This document shows, piece after piece, positions 46,178 through 56,192 of a stretch of DNA of 64,000 nt (positions are counted from its first letter, which is position 1; each line of letters opens with the position of its first letter). The position numbers were made by a program, and so were the translations under genes. Below the pieces are notes generated by a model. It was given only the letters and a program-made list of their open reading frames with translations. It had not been told where the DNA came from and did no database searches. This stretch comes from Candidatus Eiseniibacteriota bacterium (GTDB taxonomy: Bacteria > Eisenbacteria > RBG-16-71-46), in contig JBGPFC010000007.1 in the NCBI GenBank assembly GCA_041483195.1, positions 32,001 to 96,000 on the forward strand. The letters run 5' to 3'.

Positions 46178-47835
46178 GCTCGTCCTCCCGGCCCCACCGG
46201 ATGGGCCGTTGGTTCGGAACGCGGAATCGGAGGCGCCGCGGCATCGGGCGCGGGGCCACGGAACACTACCTCGCCCGCCGAGATCGTCACCGCTGCGTGC
46301 ACGCGAGCCAGCGCCTCCGGGGCGAGCGCGTGGAGGTCGGCGTTCCATAGCACGAGATCCGCGTGGCAGCCGGCGGCGATCCGCCCCAGGCGCGGCCACT
46401 GTCCCGCGAGCCGCGCCGGACTCGATGTGCAGGACGTGAGCGCGGCGTCGAGCGTAACGCGCTGCGCGGGGACGAAGCCCCCGGCCGGGGTGCCGTCCGC
46501 GCGCTGGCGGGTCACCGCCGCGTGCAGCGCGAGCCCCGGATTCGGCGGCTCGACGGGCGCGTCCGAGCCGAAGGCGACCCACGCGCCGCTCGCCACCAGG
46601 CTGCCGTAGGGATAGGCGCCGTCGCGCCGGGTGCGCCACCAGCGCTCGACCAGCTCGATGTCCGAGACGCAGTGCGTGGGCTGGACGCTGGCCGCGACGC
46701 CGAGCCGCCGCAGGCGCGGCAGATCGTCATGATGCACCAGCTGGAGGTGCTCGATGCGAGAGGGCAGGCGCGGCCGGCGCAGGGCCTCCGCCGCGGCCTC
46801 GAACGCGTCGAGCGCCGCGCGCGCAGCCCGGTCGCCGATCGCGTGGATCGCGACCGCGAGCCCCGCGCGCAAGGCGCGTCCGACCTCGACCCGCAACACC
46901 TCCGGGGCGATCAGGTCCATGCCGCGCCGATCGGTTCCATCGTATGGCTCGAGCATCGATGCGGTGCGCGAACCCAGCGTGCCGTCCGCGAAGAGTTTCA
47001 CGGCGCCCAGCCGGAATCCATCATCCCCCAGGCCGCTCTCGAGACCGAGCGCGAGCGCGGCATCGAGCCCGGAGTGCGGGAGGTGCATGAGCACTCGCAC
47101 CCGCGGCGCGGCGCCGTCGCTCATCGCCCGCAGCAGCCGCTGCGCGTCGGCGCCCTCGAAGTCGTGCACGGCCGTGATGCCGGCCCTGTGCAACAGCGCG
47201 ACCGCGCGTCCCAGCGCCGCGCGGTCGGCGTCGGCCTCGTGGACCTCGAACGCAGAGAAGGCGCGAACCGCTTGCTCGCGGACGACGCCGGTCGGCTCGC
47301 CGGCCGCATCGCGCTCGAAGCGGCCGCCCGGCGGGTCGGGCGTGCCTCGATGGACGCCGGCCCCGGCGAGCGCCGCTCCGTTGACCCAGAGCGCGTGGAA
47401 ATCCCGGCTGTGGAGCAGGACCGGCCGCGCCGCGCAGATCACGTCGAGCACGGCGCGATCGGGCGGCTCGCTCCACGCGTTGGAGTCCCACCCGCGGCCG
47501 ATCACGGCACCGGCGCCGCCCCGCGTGCCGAGGAATCGCCGCAACCGCCCGCCGGCTTCGGCCGCCGAGACACAACCCTCGAGCGACAGCTCATCCAGCG
47601 AGCGCGCCCACTGCACCAGGTGAATGTGCGAGTCGGTGAAACCCGGCGTGAGCGTGGCGCCGGCCGCATCGAGCAGCTCGGTGCCCGGGCCGATCAACGG
47701 CGCCAGGTCGCGCGCGGGCCCCACGGCGAGGATCTCGGCGCCCCGGATCGCGACCGCGTCCGCGTTCTCGACCCTGGCCCCATCCGACCAGAGGCGCGCT
47801 CCGCGCACCATTCGGTCGGCTTTCCCCTGCATCAT
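46174..47835 (-). CDS. Amidohydrolase (YtcJ-like)
   Basis: DSHIH, KLFADG.LG, HAIGD, RIEH, GSDAPV. Confidence 0.92.
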   Translation of the reverse strand: MMQGKADRMVRGARLWSDGARVENADAVAIRGAEILAVGPARDLAPLIGPGTELLDAAGATLTPGFTDSHIHLVQWARSLDELSLEGCVSAAEAGGRLRRFLGTRGGAGAVIGRGWDSNAWSEPPDRAVLDVICAARPVLLHSRDFHALWVNGAALAGAGVHRGTPDPPGGRFERDAAGEPTGVVREQAVRAFSAFEVHEADADRAALGRAVALLHRAGITAVHDFEGADAQRLLRAMSDGAAPRVRVLMHLPHSGLDAALALGLESGLGDDGFRLGAVKLFADGTLGSRTASMLEPYDGTDRRGMDLIAPEVLRVEVGRALRAGLAVAIHAIGDRAARAALDAFEAAAEALRRPRLPSRIEHLQLVHHDDLPRLRRLGVAASVQPTHCVSDIELVERWWRTRRDGAYPYGSLVASGAWVAFGSDAPVEPPNPGLALHAAVTRQRADGTPAGGFVPAQRVTLDAALTSCTSSPARLAGQWPRLGRIAAGCHADLVLWNADLHALAPEALARVHAAVTISAGEVVFRGPAPDAAAPPIPRSEPTAHPVGPGGRA

Positions 47836-48626
47836 TCGGCGGCCTCCACTCGATTCTCGAGCACCCCGATGCCCTCGATCTCGACCTCGATGCGATCACC
47901 GACCTCGACCGGCGCGATTCCCGCCGGCGTTCCGGTCGCGATGACGTCACCGGGCTCGAGCGTCATGATGCGCGAGACGTACGCGATCAGCGCCGGGATC
48001 GAGAACAGCAGCTCGGAGGTGTTGCCGTGCTGACGCCGCTCGCCGTTCACGCGGCACTCCAGCTCGAGGCCGGACGCCTCGAGACCCACCGCCACCCATG
48101 GCCCGAGAGGCGCAAACGTATCGAAGCCCTTCGCCCTTGTCCATTGGCCGTCCTGCCGCTGGTAGTTGCGCGCGCTCACGTCGTTGAAGCAGGTGAGTCC
48201 CGCGATGTGCCCACGCGCATCTTCGGCACGCACGGCCCTCGCGCGTCGTCCGATGACGACGGCGAGCTCGGCCTCGGGATCGAGCCGCGTGACCCCCGGC
48301 GGATAGCGGATCGCCTCGCCGGTCGCGATGATCGCGCTCGGCGGCTTCAGGAAGATCAGCGGCTCGTCGCGGTCCGGAGCGCCCGGCACCACGCTCTGGC
48401 TTTCCGCGATGTGCGCACGGTAGTTGAGCCCGACGCAGACGATCTTGCTCGGCACGACCGGCGGCAGCAGGCGGGCGATCTCCAGCGCGTCGTGCTCGCC
48501 GCTCTCGCGCCCTCCCGCCCAGGGCGGGGCATCCAGCCGGGTGAAATGATCGGCGTCGCGCCGGCCCACGTGGATGCGGCCCGCGATTTCGTAGCGAGCG
48601 ATGAACTGAGTCGAGGGATGAGGCAT
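47832..48626 (-). CDS. Fumarylacetoacetate hydrolase family protein
   Basis: KIVCVGLNY, FLKP, EAEL, NDVSAR, KGFDTF, TGTP. Confidence 0.93.
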   Translation of the reverse strand: MPHPSTQFIARYEIAGRIHVGRRDADHFTRLDAPPWAGGRESGEHDALEIARLLPPVVPSKIVCVGLNYRAHIAESQSVVPGAPDRDEPLIFLKPPSAIIATGEAIRYPPGVTRLDPEAELAVVIGRRARAVRAEDARGHIAGLTCFNDVSARNYQRQDGQWTRAKGFDTFAPLGPWVAVGLEASGLELECRVNGERRQHGNTSELLFSIPALIAYVSRIMTLEPGDVIATGTPAGIAPVEVGDRIEVEIEGIGVLENRVEAAE

Positions 48627-48652
48627 CGGGCGATTGCGGCTCGCGTGGCGGG

Positions 48653-48780
48653 AAAAAAGAGGAGGTCCCCATCACACCGTGAGGCGACCACCACGACACC
48701 CGAAACGATGGCACGTCCGCTTCGCTTTCAAGGTGCCGGCAGCGCTAGAGCACGGGTCGGACAGGGAACCTCGCTCCGCT
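48653..48780 (-). ncRNA. Candidate structured small RNA (~128 nt rod-like hairpin), family unassigned
   Basis: End-to-end pairing (GAGGUUCCC/GGGGACCUC, CCGUG/CACGG, CUGCC/GGUGG, GGCACCU/GGGUGUC) with at least 6 G-U pairs on the minus strand, U6 tract at the 3' end and a promoter upstream. Confidence 0.6.
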
Positions 48781-48788
48781 GGTGGATC

Positions 48789-48818
48789 AGTGTCGAAGCG
48801 CGGACCCGCGCCGGTCAA
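48789..48818 (-). promoter_or_regulatory. Sigma70-like promoter for the candidate ncRNA
   Basis: TTGACC-18-GACACT preceded by A/T tracts (AAAAA...TTTTT, UP-element-like). Confidence 0.55.
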
Positions 48819-48993
48819 GGCAAAAATCGCGTTTTTCAGCCATCGGCGCGCTCCGCGAGCCCGGGCGGGGCGGCTCGGCCGGCGCACCCCGTCGCCTTAG
48901 GACGGGCGGACGATCCTCGTCCGGGGGCCGAGGGCGGTCCGACCCGGGCGCCGATTGACGGTCGCGCCGCGGCTTTGCTAGTTTCGCGATGAC

Positions 48994-50331
48994 ATGTCCT
49001 CCCAGCGAGCCCGCGTCCGCCGAACCTCTCCCGCCGAGCAGTTGTCGAGGCGCATCGATAGCCACAAGGCCCACTTGAGCGTGATCGGGCTGGGCTACGT
49101 CGGCCTGCCGCTCGCGGTCGAGTTCGCGCAAGCCGGATTCCGGGTCACGGGCATCGACGTCGACTCGCGCCGGGTGAAGCACCTCCAGCGCGGGGTCTCG
49201 TACATCCAGGACGTTCCGACCCGCGATGTCCGCGCGCTGGTCAAGTCGGGCCGGCTCATGGCCACGACCGACTTCGGAGCGCTGCGCAGCGTGGATGCCG
49301 TCAACGTCTGCGTTCCCACCCCGCTTTCCAAGCAGCGCGATCCCGATGTCTCGTACATCGTCGCGGCCGCCCAGCAGGTCAAGAAGCACCTGCATCGCGG
49401 CATGCTGATCATCCTCGAGAGCACGACCTATCCCGGCACCACCGACGAGCTCATCCTGCCCCTGCTTGAGGAGACCGGCATGAAGGTGGGCAAGGACTTC
49501 TTCCTCGCCTTCTCCCCCGAACGGGTCGATCCCGGCAATCCGCGGTTCAACACGCGCAACATTCCGAAGGTCGTGGGCGGCGTGACCCCGGTCTGCACCG
49601 AGGTCGCGGTGCGCCTCTACCGTCAGCGCCTCGAGCGGGTCGTCCCGGTGGGATCGCCGCAGGTCGCGGAGATGGTCAAGCTGCTGGAGAATACGTTTCG
49701 CAGCGTGAACATCGCGCTGGTGAACGAGCTGGCGCTGATGTGCGCGCGCCTCAAGATCGACGTGTGGGAAGTGATCGACGCGGCGGCGACCAAGCCGTTC
49801 GGGTTCATGCCGTTCTTTCCCGGTCCGGGGCTCGGGGGCCACTGTATCCCGATCGATCCGTTCTATCTCTCGTGGAAGGCGCGCGCGAGCGGCTTCGAGG
49901 CGAGATTCATCGAACTCGCCGGATACATCAACGGCCAGATGCCGGACCACGTCGTGACGCTGGTCATGGACGGTCTGAACCGCATCGGGCGCCCGGTGAG
50001 GGGCTCCCGGGTGCTGGTGCTGGGCGTCGCCTACAAGTCCGAGATCGACGACACGCGTGAGAGCCCCTCGCTCGACATCATGGAGAAGTTGCGCGAGCAC
50101 GGGGCACGCATCGAGTACAGCGATCCGTTCGTGCCCACCCTCGAATTCGCGGGACGCCGCATGAAGAGCACGCCGCTCACCCCCGCGCAGCTGCGGCGTT
50201 TCGATTGCGTCGTCATCGCGACGGCGCACAAGAGCTTCCCCTACCGCGACGTGGTGCGCTACGCGAAGGCGGTCGTCGATACGCGCAACGCGCTCCGCGG
50301 ACGCCGCTCGCCGAAGATCGTCCGGCTCTAG
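48994..50331 (+). CDS. Nucleotide-sugar dehydrogenase (UDP-GlcNAc 6-dehydrogenase, WbpA/WecC-like)
   Basis: GLGYVG, CVPTP, ESTTYPGTT, SPER, KLLEN, GGHCIPIDP; promoter TTGACG-18-TAGTTT. Confidence 0.93.
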   Translation: MSSQRARVRRTSPAEQLSRRIDSHKAHLSVIGLGYVGLPLAVEFAQAGFRVTGIDVDSRRVKHLQRGVSYIQDVPTRDVRALVKSGRLMATTDFGALRSVDAVNVCVPTPLSKQRDPDVSYIVAAAQQVKKHLHRGMLIILESTTYPGTTDELILPLLEETGMKVGKDFFLAFSPERVDPGNPRFNTRNIPKVVGGVTPVCTEVAVRLYRQRLERVVPVGSPQVAEMVKLLENTFRSVNIALVNELALMCARLKIDVWEVIDAAATKPFGFMPFFPGPGLGGHCIPIDPFYLSWKARASGFEARFIELAGYINGQMPDHVVTLVMDGLNRIGRPVRGSRVLVLGVAYKSEIDDTRESPSLDIMEKLREHGARIEYSDPFVPTLEFAGRRMKSTPLTPAQLRRFDCVVIATAHKSFPYRDVVRYAKAVVDTRNALRGRRSPKIVRL

Positions 50332-51824
50332 CCGGAGAACGCGCTCGCGCGCAGCGAGCGGATCCCTACCCAGCCCAATCCCAGCGACAGCAACAGCAGG
50401 AAGGGCACCGCGCGCGCGTGGCCGGCGGCGCAGGCGAACGCTGCGAGCCCGGCAAAGTAGGCCGCGAGTCCGATCTCGGTGCGGCCTTTGATCCCGCGCC
50501 CGGACCGGTACGCCGCGCCGCGCGCGGGTCGCGGACCGGTGCCCGATTTCGGCGTGCGCTCCCAGTCTCCCGGGCGGTGGCCGAGTCCCTCCAGCACCGC
50601 GCGCGCGTTGTTCACCGCCAGCCCCGCGCCCAGGACCAGCGCGGCCGCGACATCCCGCGTCACCCGGAGGCGGCGTCCCAGCCCCGCCTGGCCCAGCGCG
50701 AGGAAGATCGTCACCGGGAGCACTCCCAGCACGACGACTGCGATCTGAATCGCCCACACCAGCGGCGCCGGGGCGCCGCGCGTGCCGAGCAGCACTGGCA
50801 ACATGAGCAGACCGAGCGCGAGCAACAGCGGGTAGGCCAGATTGTTCGTGAGATGGATGACGGCCTCGACCTTCACGGCGGGCGGCAATGGACTGGCGAG
50901 GAGTCGCGGGAGCACCTTGCGCGCGGTCTGGATCGAGCCCTTGGCCCAGCGTCGCTGCTGCGACTTGAATGCCTCGATGTCGGCGGGGAGCTCCGCCGGC
51001 GCGGTGACCGTGCCGTCGAATACGAAGCGCCATCCCTCGAGCTGCGCGCGATAGCTCAGGTCGAGATCCTCGGTCAGCGTGTCGTGAGACCAGCCGCCCG
51101 CCGATTCGATGCAGGCGCGGCGCCACACACCGGCCGTGCCGTTGAAGTTGAAGAACAGCCCGCTGCGCATGCGGGCCTCGTGCTCGAGGGCGAAATGCGA
51201 GTCGAGCATCACGGCCTGCGCTGCGGTGAGCATCGAGCCGTCCCGATTGAGGTGACCCCAGCGGGCCTGCACCATTCCCACATCCGGGTCCGAGAAATGC
51301 GGGACCAGCCGGCGCAGGAATTCGGGCGGCGGAACGAAGTCGGCGTCGAATACCGCGACCAGCTCGCCCCGCGCGCTGCGCAATCCCGCGGCGAGCGCGC
51401 CGGCCTTGAACCCGGTCCGCCGATCGCGATGGATGACGCGGATGTCGATCCCGCGCGCGGCGTGCCGCGCGGCGGCCGCGCGCGCCCAGTCCAGCGTTTC
51501 GTCTGTGGAATCGTCGAGCACCTGGATCTCGAGACGATCGCCCGGGTAATCGAGCGCCGCCACCGCCTCGATCAGCCGCTCCACCACCCGGCGTTCGTTG
51601 AAGAGCGGGAGCTGCACGGTCACGCGTGGCCATTCGGCGGGAGCGTCCGAACCCGTGAGGCGGCGCGTGCCCGCGCGCCAGCGGCGCCAGAGGATCACGT
51701 AGCGGTGCGAGGCGTAGACCACGATCAGCGCCTGGGCCGCGAAGTAGAGGATGAAGCAGAGTCCCAGCAGCGATTGCACGAACCATCCCGGCGTCGGCAC
51801 CAGCAGCGGCATGAGCGGTCTCAC
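50328..51824 (-). CDS. GT2 cellulose-synthase-like glycosyltransferase
   Basis: QVLDDSTD, KAGAL, FDADF, TED, QQRRW (D,D,D,QxxRW). Confidence 0.92.
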   Translation of the reverse strand: MRPLMPLLVPTPGWFVQSLLGLCFILYFAAQALIVVYASHRYVILWRRWRAGTRRLTGSDAPAEWPRVTVQLPLFNERRVVERLIEAVAALDYPGDRLEIQVLDDSTDETLDWARAAAARHAARGIDIRVIHRDRRTGFKAGALAAGLRSARGELVAVFDADFVPPPEFLRRLVPHFSDPDVGMVQARWGHLNRDGSMLTAAQAVMLDSHFALEHEARMRSGLFFNFNGTAGVWRRACIESAGGWSHDTLTEDLDLSYRAQLEGWRFVFDGTVTAPAELPADIEAFKSQQRRWAKGSIQTARKVLPRLLASPLPPAVKVEAVIHLTNNLAYPLLLALGLLMLPVLLGTRGAPAPLVWAIQIAVVVLGVLPVTIFLALGQAGLGRRLRVTRDVAAALVLGAGLAVNNARAVLEGLGHRPGDWERTPKSGTGPRPARGAAYRSGRGIKGRTEIGLAAYFAGLAAFACAAGHARAVPFLLLLSLGLGWVGIRSLRASAFSG

Positions 51825-51913
51825 GTGGCCGTACTGTAGGAACGGGGGATCGGCAGCGTCAACCCGAGCCCGATCGTGCGTGGCTCACGCCCGGGACGCC
51901 GCCCGTGACGAAT

Positions 51914-51943
51914 TCGGGCGGCGGGGAATCTCCCGCCGCCCGA
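51914..51943 (-). terminator. Stem-loop downstream of dnaK
   Basis: Perfect 12-bp stem TCGGGCGGCGGG / CCCGCCGCCCGA with 6-nt loop, 20 nt after the stop; weak U tract. Confidence 0.6.
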
Positions 51944-51963
51944 GCGCCTCCGGCGAAACGCGA

Positions 51964-53883
51964 TCAGTTGACGACTTCGAAATCGGCGTCGACCGGGCCG
52001 TCGCCTTCCTTCTTGGGCGTGCCCCCCGCGCCCTGGGCACCGGCCCCCCCGGCCGCACCCGCCCCGGACTCGGTCTGCGATCCGGCGGTCGACTGGTAGA
52101 GAACCGCGGCCGCCTCGTGCCACACCTTCTGCAACGCCTCGGAGGCCGACGCGATCGCCTCGACGTTCTGCCCCTTCAGGGCCTCCCGCAGGGCCGTGAG
52201 CCGCTCCTCGATCCGTCCCTTGAGCCCGGACTCCAGCTTGGCCTCGTGCTCCTTGAGGTTCTTCTCGATCTCGTACGCGAGCTGATCGCCCTGATTGCGC
52301 GCCTCGACTTCCTCCTTGCGCTTGCGGTCCTCGGCGGCGTTCGACTCCGCGTCCTTCACCATCTGCTGGATCTCGGACTCGCTGAGCCCGCTCGAGGCCT
52401 CGATCCGGATGCTCTGCTCCTTGCCGGTGGCCCGGTCCTTGGCCGAAACGTGGAGCAGCCCGTTCGCGTCGATGTCGAACGCCACCTCGACCTGCGGCAT
52501 GCCGCGCGGCGCGGGCGGGAGGCCATCGAGGTGGAACCGGCCGATGGTCTTGTTACCAGACGCCAGCGGGCGCTCGCCCTGCAGGACGTGGACCTCGACC
52601 GTGGTCTGATTGTCGGAAGCGGTCGAGAACACCTCGCTCTTCCGCGTCGGGATGGTCGTGTTGCGCGAAATCAGCGTGGTCATCACCCCGCCCAGGGTCT
52701 CGATCCCGAGCGAGAGCGGGGTCACGTCGAGCAGCACGACGTCGCGGACGTCACCGGCGAGCACCGCGCCCTGGATCGCGGCGCCGACCGCCACGACCTC
52801 GTCGGGGTTGACGCCCCGGTGCGGCTCCTTGCCGAAGATCTGCTTCACCAGCTCCTGCACCTTCGGCATGCGCGTCGCGCCGCCCACCAGCACCACCTCG
52901 TCGATCTGCGAGGCGGCGTGACCGGCGTCCTTCAGGGCCTGCAACACAGGCCCGCGGCAGCGCTCGATCAGCTCGTCCACCAGCTGCTCCAGCTTCGCGC
53001 GGGTGAGCCGGATGTTGAGATGCTTCGGCCCGTTCTGGTCCGCCGTGATGAACGGCAGGTTGACCTCGGTCTCGAGCGTGGTCGAGAGCTCGCACTTCGC
53101 CTTCTCGGCGGCCTCCTTGAGCCGCTGGAGCGCCATCGCGTCCTTGCGCAGGTCGATCCCCTCCTGCTTGCGGAACTCGTCGGCGAGGTGGTCGATGACG
53201 CGCTGATCGAAGTCATCGCCGCCCAGGTGGGTGTCGCCGTTGGTCGAGCGCACTTCGAACACGCCGTCGCCGATCTCGAGGATCGAGATGTCGAACGTCC
53301 CGCCGCCGAGATCGAACACCGCGATCTTCTCGTCCTTCTTCTTGTCGAGGCCGTAGGCCAGCGCGGCCGCGGTGGGCTCGTTGATGATGCGCTTCACGTC
53401 GAGCCCGGCGATGCGCCCCGCGTCCTTGGTGGCCTGCCGCTGGCTGTCGTTGAAGTACGCGGGCACGGTGACTACCGCCTCGGTGATCTTCTCGCCGAGA
53501 TAGTCTTCCGCCGTCTTCTTCATCTTCTGGAGGATGATGGCCGAGACCTCGGGCGGAGAGAATTCCTCGCTGGCTACACGCACGCGAGCGTCGCCGGCGG
53601 GACCGCGCACCACCTGGTAGGGCACCAGCTTGATCTCGGCGCCGACCTCTTCGAACTTGCGTCCCATGAAGCGCTTGATCGAGAACACGGTGTTGGCCGG
53701 ATTGGTCACCGCCTGACGGCGCGCGACCAGGCCCACCAGCCGCTCACCGCTCTTCGAGAACCCGACCACCGACGGCGTGGTGCGGAATCCCTCGGCATTC
53801 GCGATCACCTTGGGCTCGCCGCCCTCCATGACCGCCACGCACGAGTTCGTGGTGCCGAGATCGATGCCGATGACCTTTCCCAT
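51964..53883 (-). CDS. dnaK: Chaperone DnaK (Hsp70)
   Basis: [31 protein letters not shown]-terminus. Confidence 0.99.
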   Translation of the reverse strand: MGKVIGIDLGTTNSCVAVMEGGEPKVIANAEGFRTTPSVVGFSKSGERLVGLVARRQAVTNPANTVFSIKRFMGRKFEEVGAEIKLVPYQVVRGPAGDARVRVASEEFSPPEVSAIILQKMKKTAEDYLGEKITEAVVTVPAYFNDSQRQATKDAGRIAGLDVKRIINEPTAAALAYGLDKKKDEKIAVFDLGGGTFDISILEIGDGVFEVRSTNGDTHLGGDDFDQRVIDHLADEFRKQEGIDLRKDAMALQRLKEAAEKAKCELSTTLETEVNLPFITADQNGPKHLNIRLTRAKLEQLVDELIERCRGPVLQALKDAGHAASQIDEVVLVGGATRMPKVQELVKQIFGKEPHRGVNPDEVVAVGAAIQGAVLAGDVRDVVLLDVTPLSLGIETLGGVMTTLISRNTTIPTRKSEVFSTASDNQTTVEVHVLQGERPLASGNKTIGRFHLDGLPPAPRGMPQVEVAFDIDANGLLHVSAKDRATGKEQSIRIEASSGLSESEIQQMVKDAESNAAEDRKRKEEVEARNQGDQLAYEIEKNLKEHEAKLESGLKGRIEERLTALREALKGQNVEAIASASEALQKVWHEAAAVLYQSTAGSQTESGAGAAGGAGAQGAGGTPKKEGDGPVDADFEVVN

Positions 53884-53966
53884 GATGGCTCCTGACTATT
53901 CGGCGCGGGTGCCACGGCGGCCCGGCATTCGCCGGGCCGCGCGTGGCCCGCAAGATTACATCCGGA

Positions 53967-54428
53967 TTACGACGCGACCTGGATCTCGATCTCGCGAAGC
54001 TTGGCTTCCTCGGCCTTGGGGACGTGAATCTCGAGCACGCCGTCCCGGTAGCTGGCCTTCACCCCATCGTTGCGCACCGGCGTGCCGAGCGTGAAGGAGC
54101 GCTCGAACGAGCCGTGCACCCGCTCGATGCGGTGCAGGTTGCCCTCCGCCCGCGAGGCATCCTGCCTGCGCTCGCCGCGGATGGTGAGCGTGTCACCCAT
54201 CAGGCTGACCTTGACGTCCTTCTGCGCGACCCCCGGAAGGTCGGCGCGCACCAGGAACTCCTCGGCGGTTTCCTCGATGTCGATGGCGGGAGTGAAGAGG
54301 GGCGCGACGTCGTTGCGAAGCGTCGCGCGGCTGAAGAAGTTTTCGAAGAGGCGGTCGAACTCGTCCCGAACGGCGAAGGGATCGCGCGCGGGGCTGACCG
54401 AGCTCGGATTCCAACGGATGATGGGCAT
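53967..54428 (-). CDS. Small heat shock protein Hsp20
   Basis: Alpha-crystallin domain: PAIDIEE, DLPG, ER..GSFERSF, A.Y.DGVL; RBS AGGAG. Confidence 0.95.
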   Translation of the reverse strand: MPIIRWNPSSVSPARDPFAVRDEFDRLFENFFSRATLRNDVAPLFTPAIDIEETAEEFLVRADLPGVAQKDVKVSLMGDTLTIRGERRQDASRAEGNLHRIERVHGSFERSFTLGTPVRNDGVKASYRDGVLEIHVPKAEEAKLREIEIQVAS

Positions 54429-54512
54429 CGCTATTTCTCCTGGCTGCTGTCGGTCTGGATCGAGCGCGGGCGGAGGCCCGCGCGGTGATCGAGTGATTCG
54501 CGGGATCTGAAC

Positions 54513-54528
54513 TGCAGTTCACGTGCCA
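54513..54528 (-). promoter_or_regulatory. Sigma-54 (-24/-12) promoter of hsp20-dnaK
   Basis: TGGCAC-GTGAA-CTGCA vs consensus TGGCAC-N5-TTGCW, 85 nt upstream of hsp20. Confidence 0.7.
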
Positions 54529-54714
54529 GCGAATCCCCGGGGATCAGCACGTTGTGGCGCAACGAATTGAACCGGGGGCCGGGGCCCGGCGCACCGGGCG
54601 GCGGGGGCGGCGCGTTTCGGATGCGAACGGCTCCCGTTTCCGATCCGCACGCCCGCGCGATGGGAACGCCGCGCGCTGGCCCGCGGTACGCACTGCTGGT
54701 AGCGTGCGCCGACC

Positions 54715-55695
54715 ATGAAGATCAGCACGTTCCTCCCCCACGTCGGGGTGTTCGGTGGTGTCCGCCGCTTCCTCGAGCTGGGCAATGCCTGGGTCGCTCT
54801 GGGACACGAGGTCACGCTCTATCACCCGGAGGGAGCGCCGCCCGGATGGCTGCCCTATCGCGGTCGCACCGCACCGCTGGTCGACGCCGCGCGCAAACGC
54901 GCCGATCTCGCGCTGTGCGCGGACCCGCACACGCTGGACGCGTTCCTCGCCCACCCGGCCGCGATCCACCTCTACTACTGCGTCATCGAGGGCGACCCGG
55001 GCGTCGCGCGCGCGCTGCGCGATTCGCGGGTTCGACTCGCGGCGAATTCGGGCGCGCTCCGGGGTTCGCTCGCGCGCCGCACCCGCCGCACGGTGCTCGA
55101 CGGCGTCGGCGGGATCAACCTCGCGCAGTTTCGCCCCGATCCCTCCCGGCGCGCGGCCGCGCCGCTGCGCGTCCTGCTGAACGGCCGCCGCTCGCGGCCC
55201 AGGAAGGGCACCGACCTGATCCTCGCCGCGTTGCGAGGACTCGAAGGCTCGGTGCCGCCCTTCGAGATCGTGTTGTTCGACGCGCGCGGCGAGCACAATC
55301 GTGAGGATCCGCGCGACGGCGCGCCGCTTCCCGCCAACGCCCGGTACGTGCTCGATCCGACGCAGGACGAGCTGGTCGCCCTCTACCAGTCGGCCGATCT
55401 CTTCGTCGCTGCGGAACGCAGGGCCGGATGGTGCAACACCGCGCTCGAGGCCATGGCGTGCGGTGCGGCGGTCGTCTGCACCCCGAGCGGCACGCGCGAC
55501 TTCGCGCGCCATCTCGAGAACGCGTTCGTGGTTCCGGTGCGGCACGCGTTCTTCCTGCGTCGCGCGCTGCGCCGCGTGATGCGGGATGCGGGACTGCGCG
55601 ACGCGATCGCGGCGCACGCCCCGCTCGGCGCCGGGGCCTGGAGCTGGGACCGGCTCGCGCTGCGCCTGATCGAGCAGGTCGCCGCCCCGGAATGA
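54715..55695 (+). CDS. Glycosyltransferase family 4
   Basis: GG...LELGN....GHEV, RKG, ALEAMACG. Confidence 0.88.
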   Translation: MKISTFLPHVGVFGGVRRFLELGNAWVALGHEVTLYHPEGAPPGWLPYRGRTAPLVDAARKRADLALCADPHTLDAFLAHPAAIHLYYCVIEGDPGVARALRDSRVRLAANSGALRGSLARRTRRTVLDGVGGINLAQFRPDPSRRAAAPLRVLLNGRRSRPRKGTDLILAALRGLEGSVPPFEIVLFDARGEHNREDPRDGAPLPANARYVLDPTQDELVALYQSADLFVAAERRAGWCNTALEAMACGAAVVCTPSGTRDFARHLENAFVVPVRHAFFLRRALRRVMRDAGLRDAIAAHAPLGAGAWSWDRLALRLIEQVAAPE

Positions 55696-55745
55696 CGCGA
55701 GGCGGACCGGCTCGCCCGGAGGCCGCCTCGTCGCTGCGAACCGGA

Positions 55746-56192
55746 TTATCGCGCGGGCAGGTAGCCCGACTTTTCCTCAGGGACCAGCAGCTCGTCCTTG
55801 GTGTAGATGAACGCGTCGCGCTGGTAGTCGGCGAGCTCGTAGTTCTTCTCGAGGAAGATGGCGTCCTCGGGGCAGGCTTCCTCGCACATGCCGCAGAAGA
55901 TGCAGCGCAGCATGTTGATCTCGTAACGGACCGCGTAGCGCTCGCCGTGCGAGACCGGCTGGTTCGGGTCGTTCTCGGCCGCCTTCACGAAGATCGCGTC
56001 GGCCGGGCAGGCGACCGCGCACAGCTCGCAGCCCACGCAACGCTCCAGCCCGTCCTCGTGCCGCGCCAGGATGTGGAGCCCGCGGAAACGCGGGAACATC
56101 GTGAGCTTCTCGTCGGGGTACTGGACCGTGAACGGCTTCTTGAACAGGTTCTCGAGCGTGACCCCGAGTCCCCTGCCGAGTTCCTTCAGCAT
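55746..56192 (-). CDS. nuoI: NADH-quinone oxidoreductase subunit I
   Basis: [41 protein letters not shown]. Confidence 0.95.
   Translation of the reverse strand: MLKELGRGLGVTLENLFKKPFTVQYPDEKLTMFPRFRGLHILARHEDGLERCVGCELCAVACPADAIFVKAAENDPNQPVSHGERYAVRYEINMLRCIFCGMCEEACPEDAIFLEKNYELADYQRDAFIYTKDELLVPEEKSGYLPAR

Noticed and set aside
48709..48725. TGGCAC on the plus strand as a sigma-54 promoter
   Set aside because: No GC at the -12 position; it lies within the candidate RNA hairpin.
48653..48780. SRP RNA, tRNA or a known riboswitch
   Set aside because: No SRP domain IV (CAGG...GGAA...AGCA) motif, no cloverleaf and no aptamer consensus I recognise.
54430..54714. CIRCE/HrcA operator before hsp20-dnaK
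   Set aside because: No TTAGCACTC-N9-GAGTGCTAA found.
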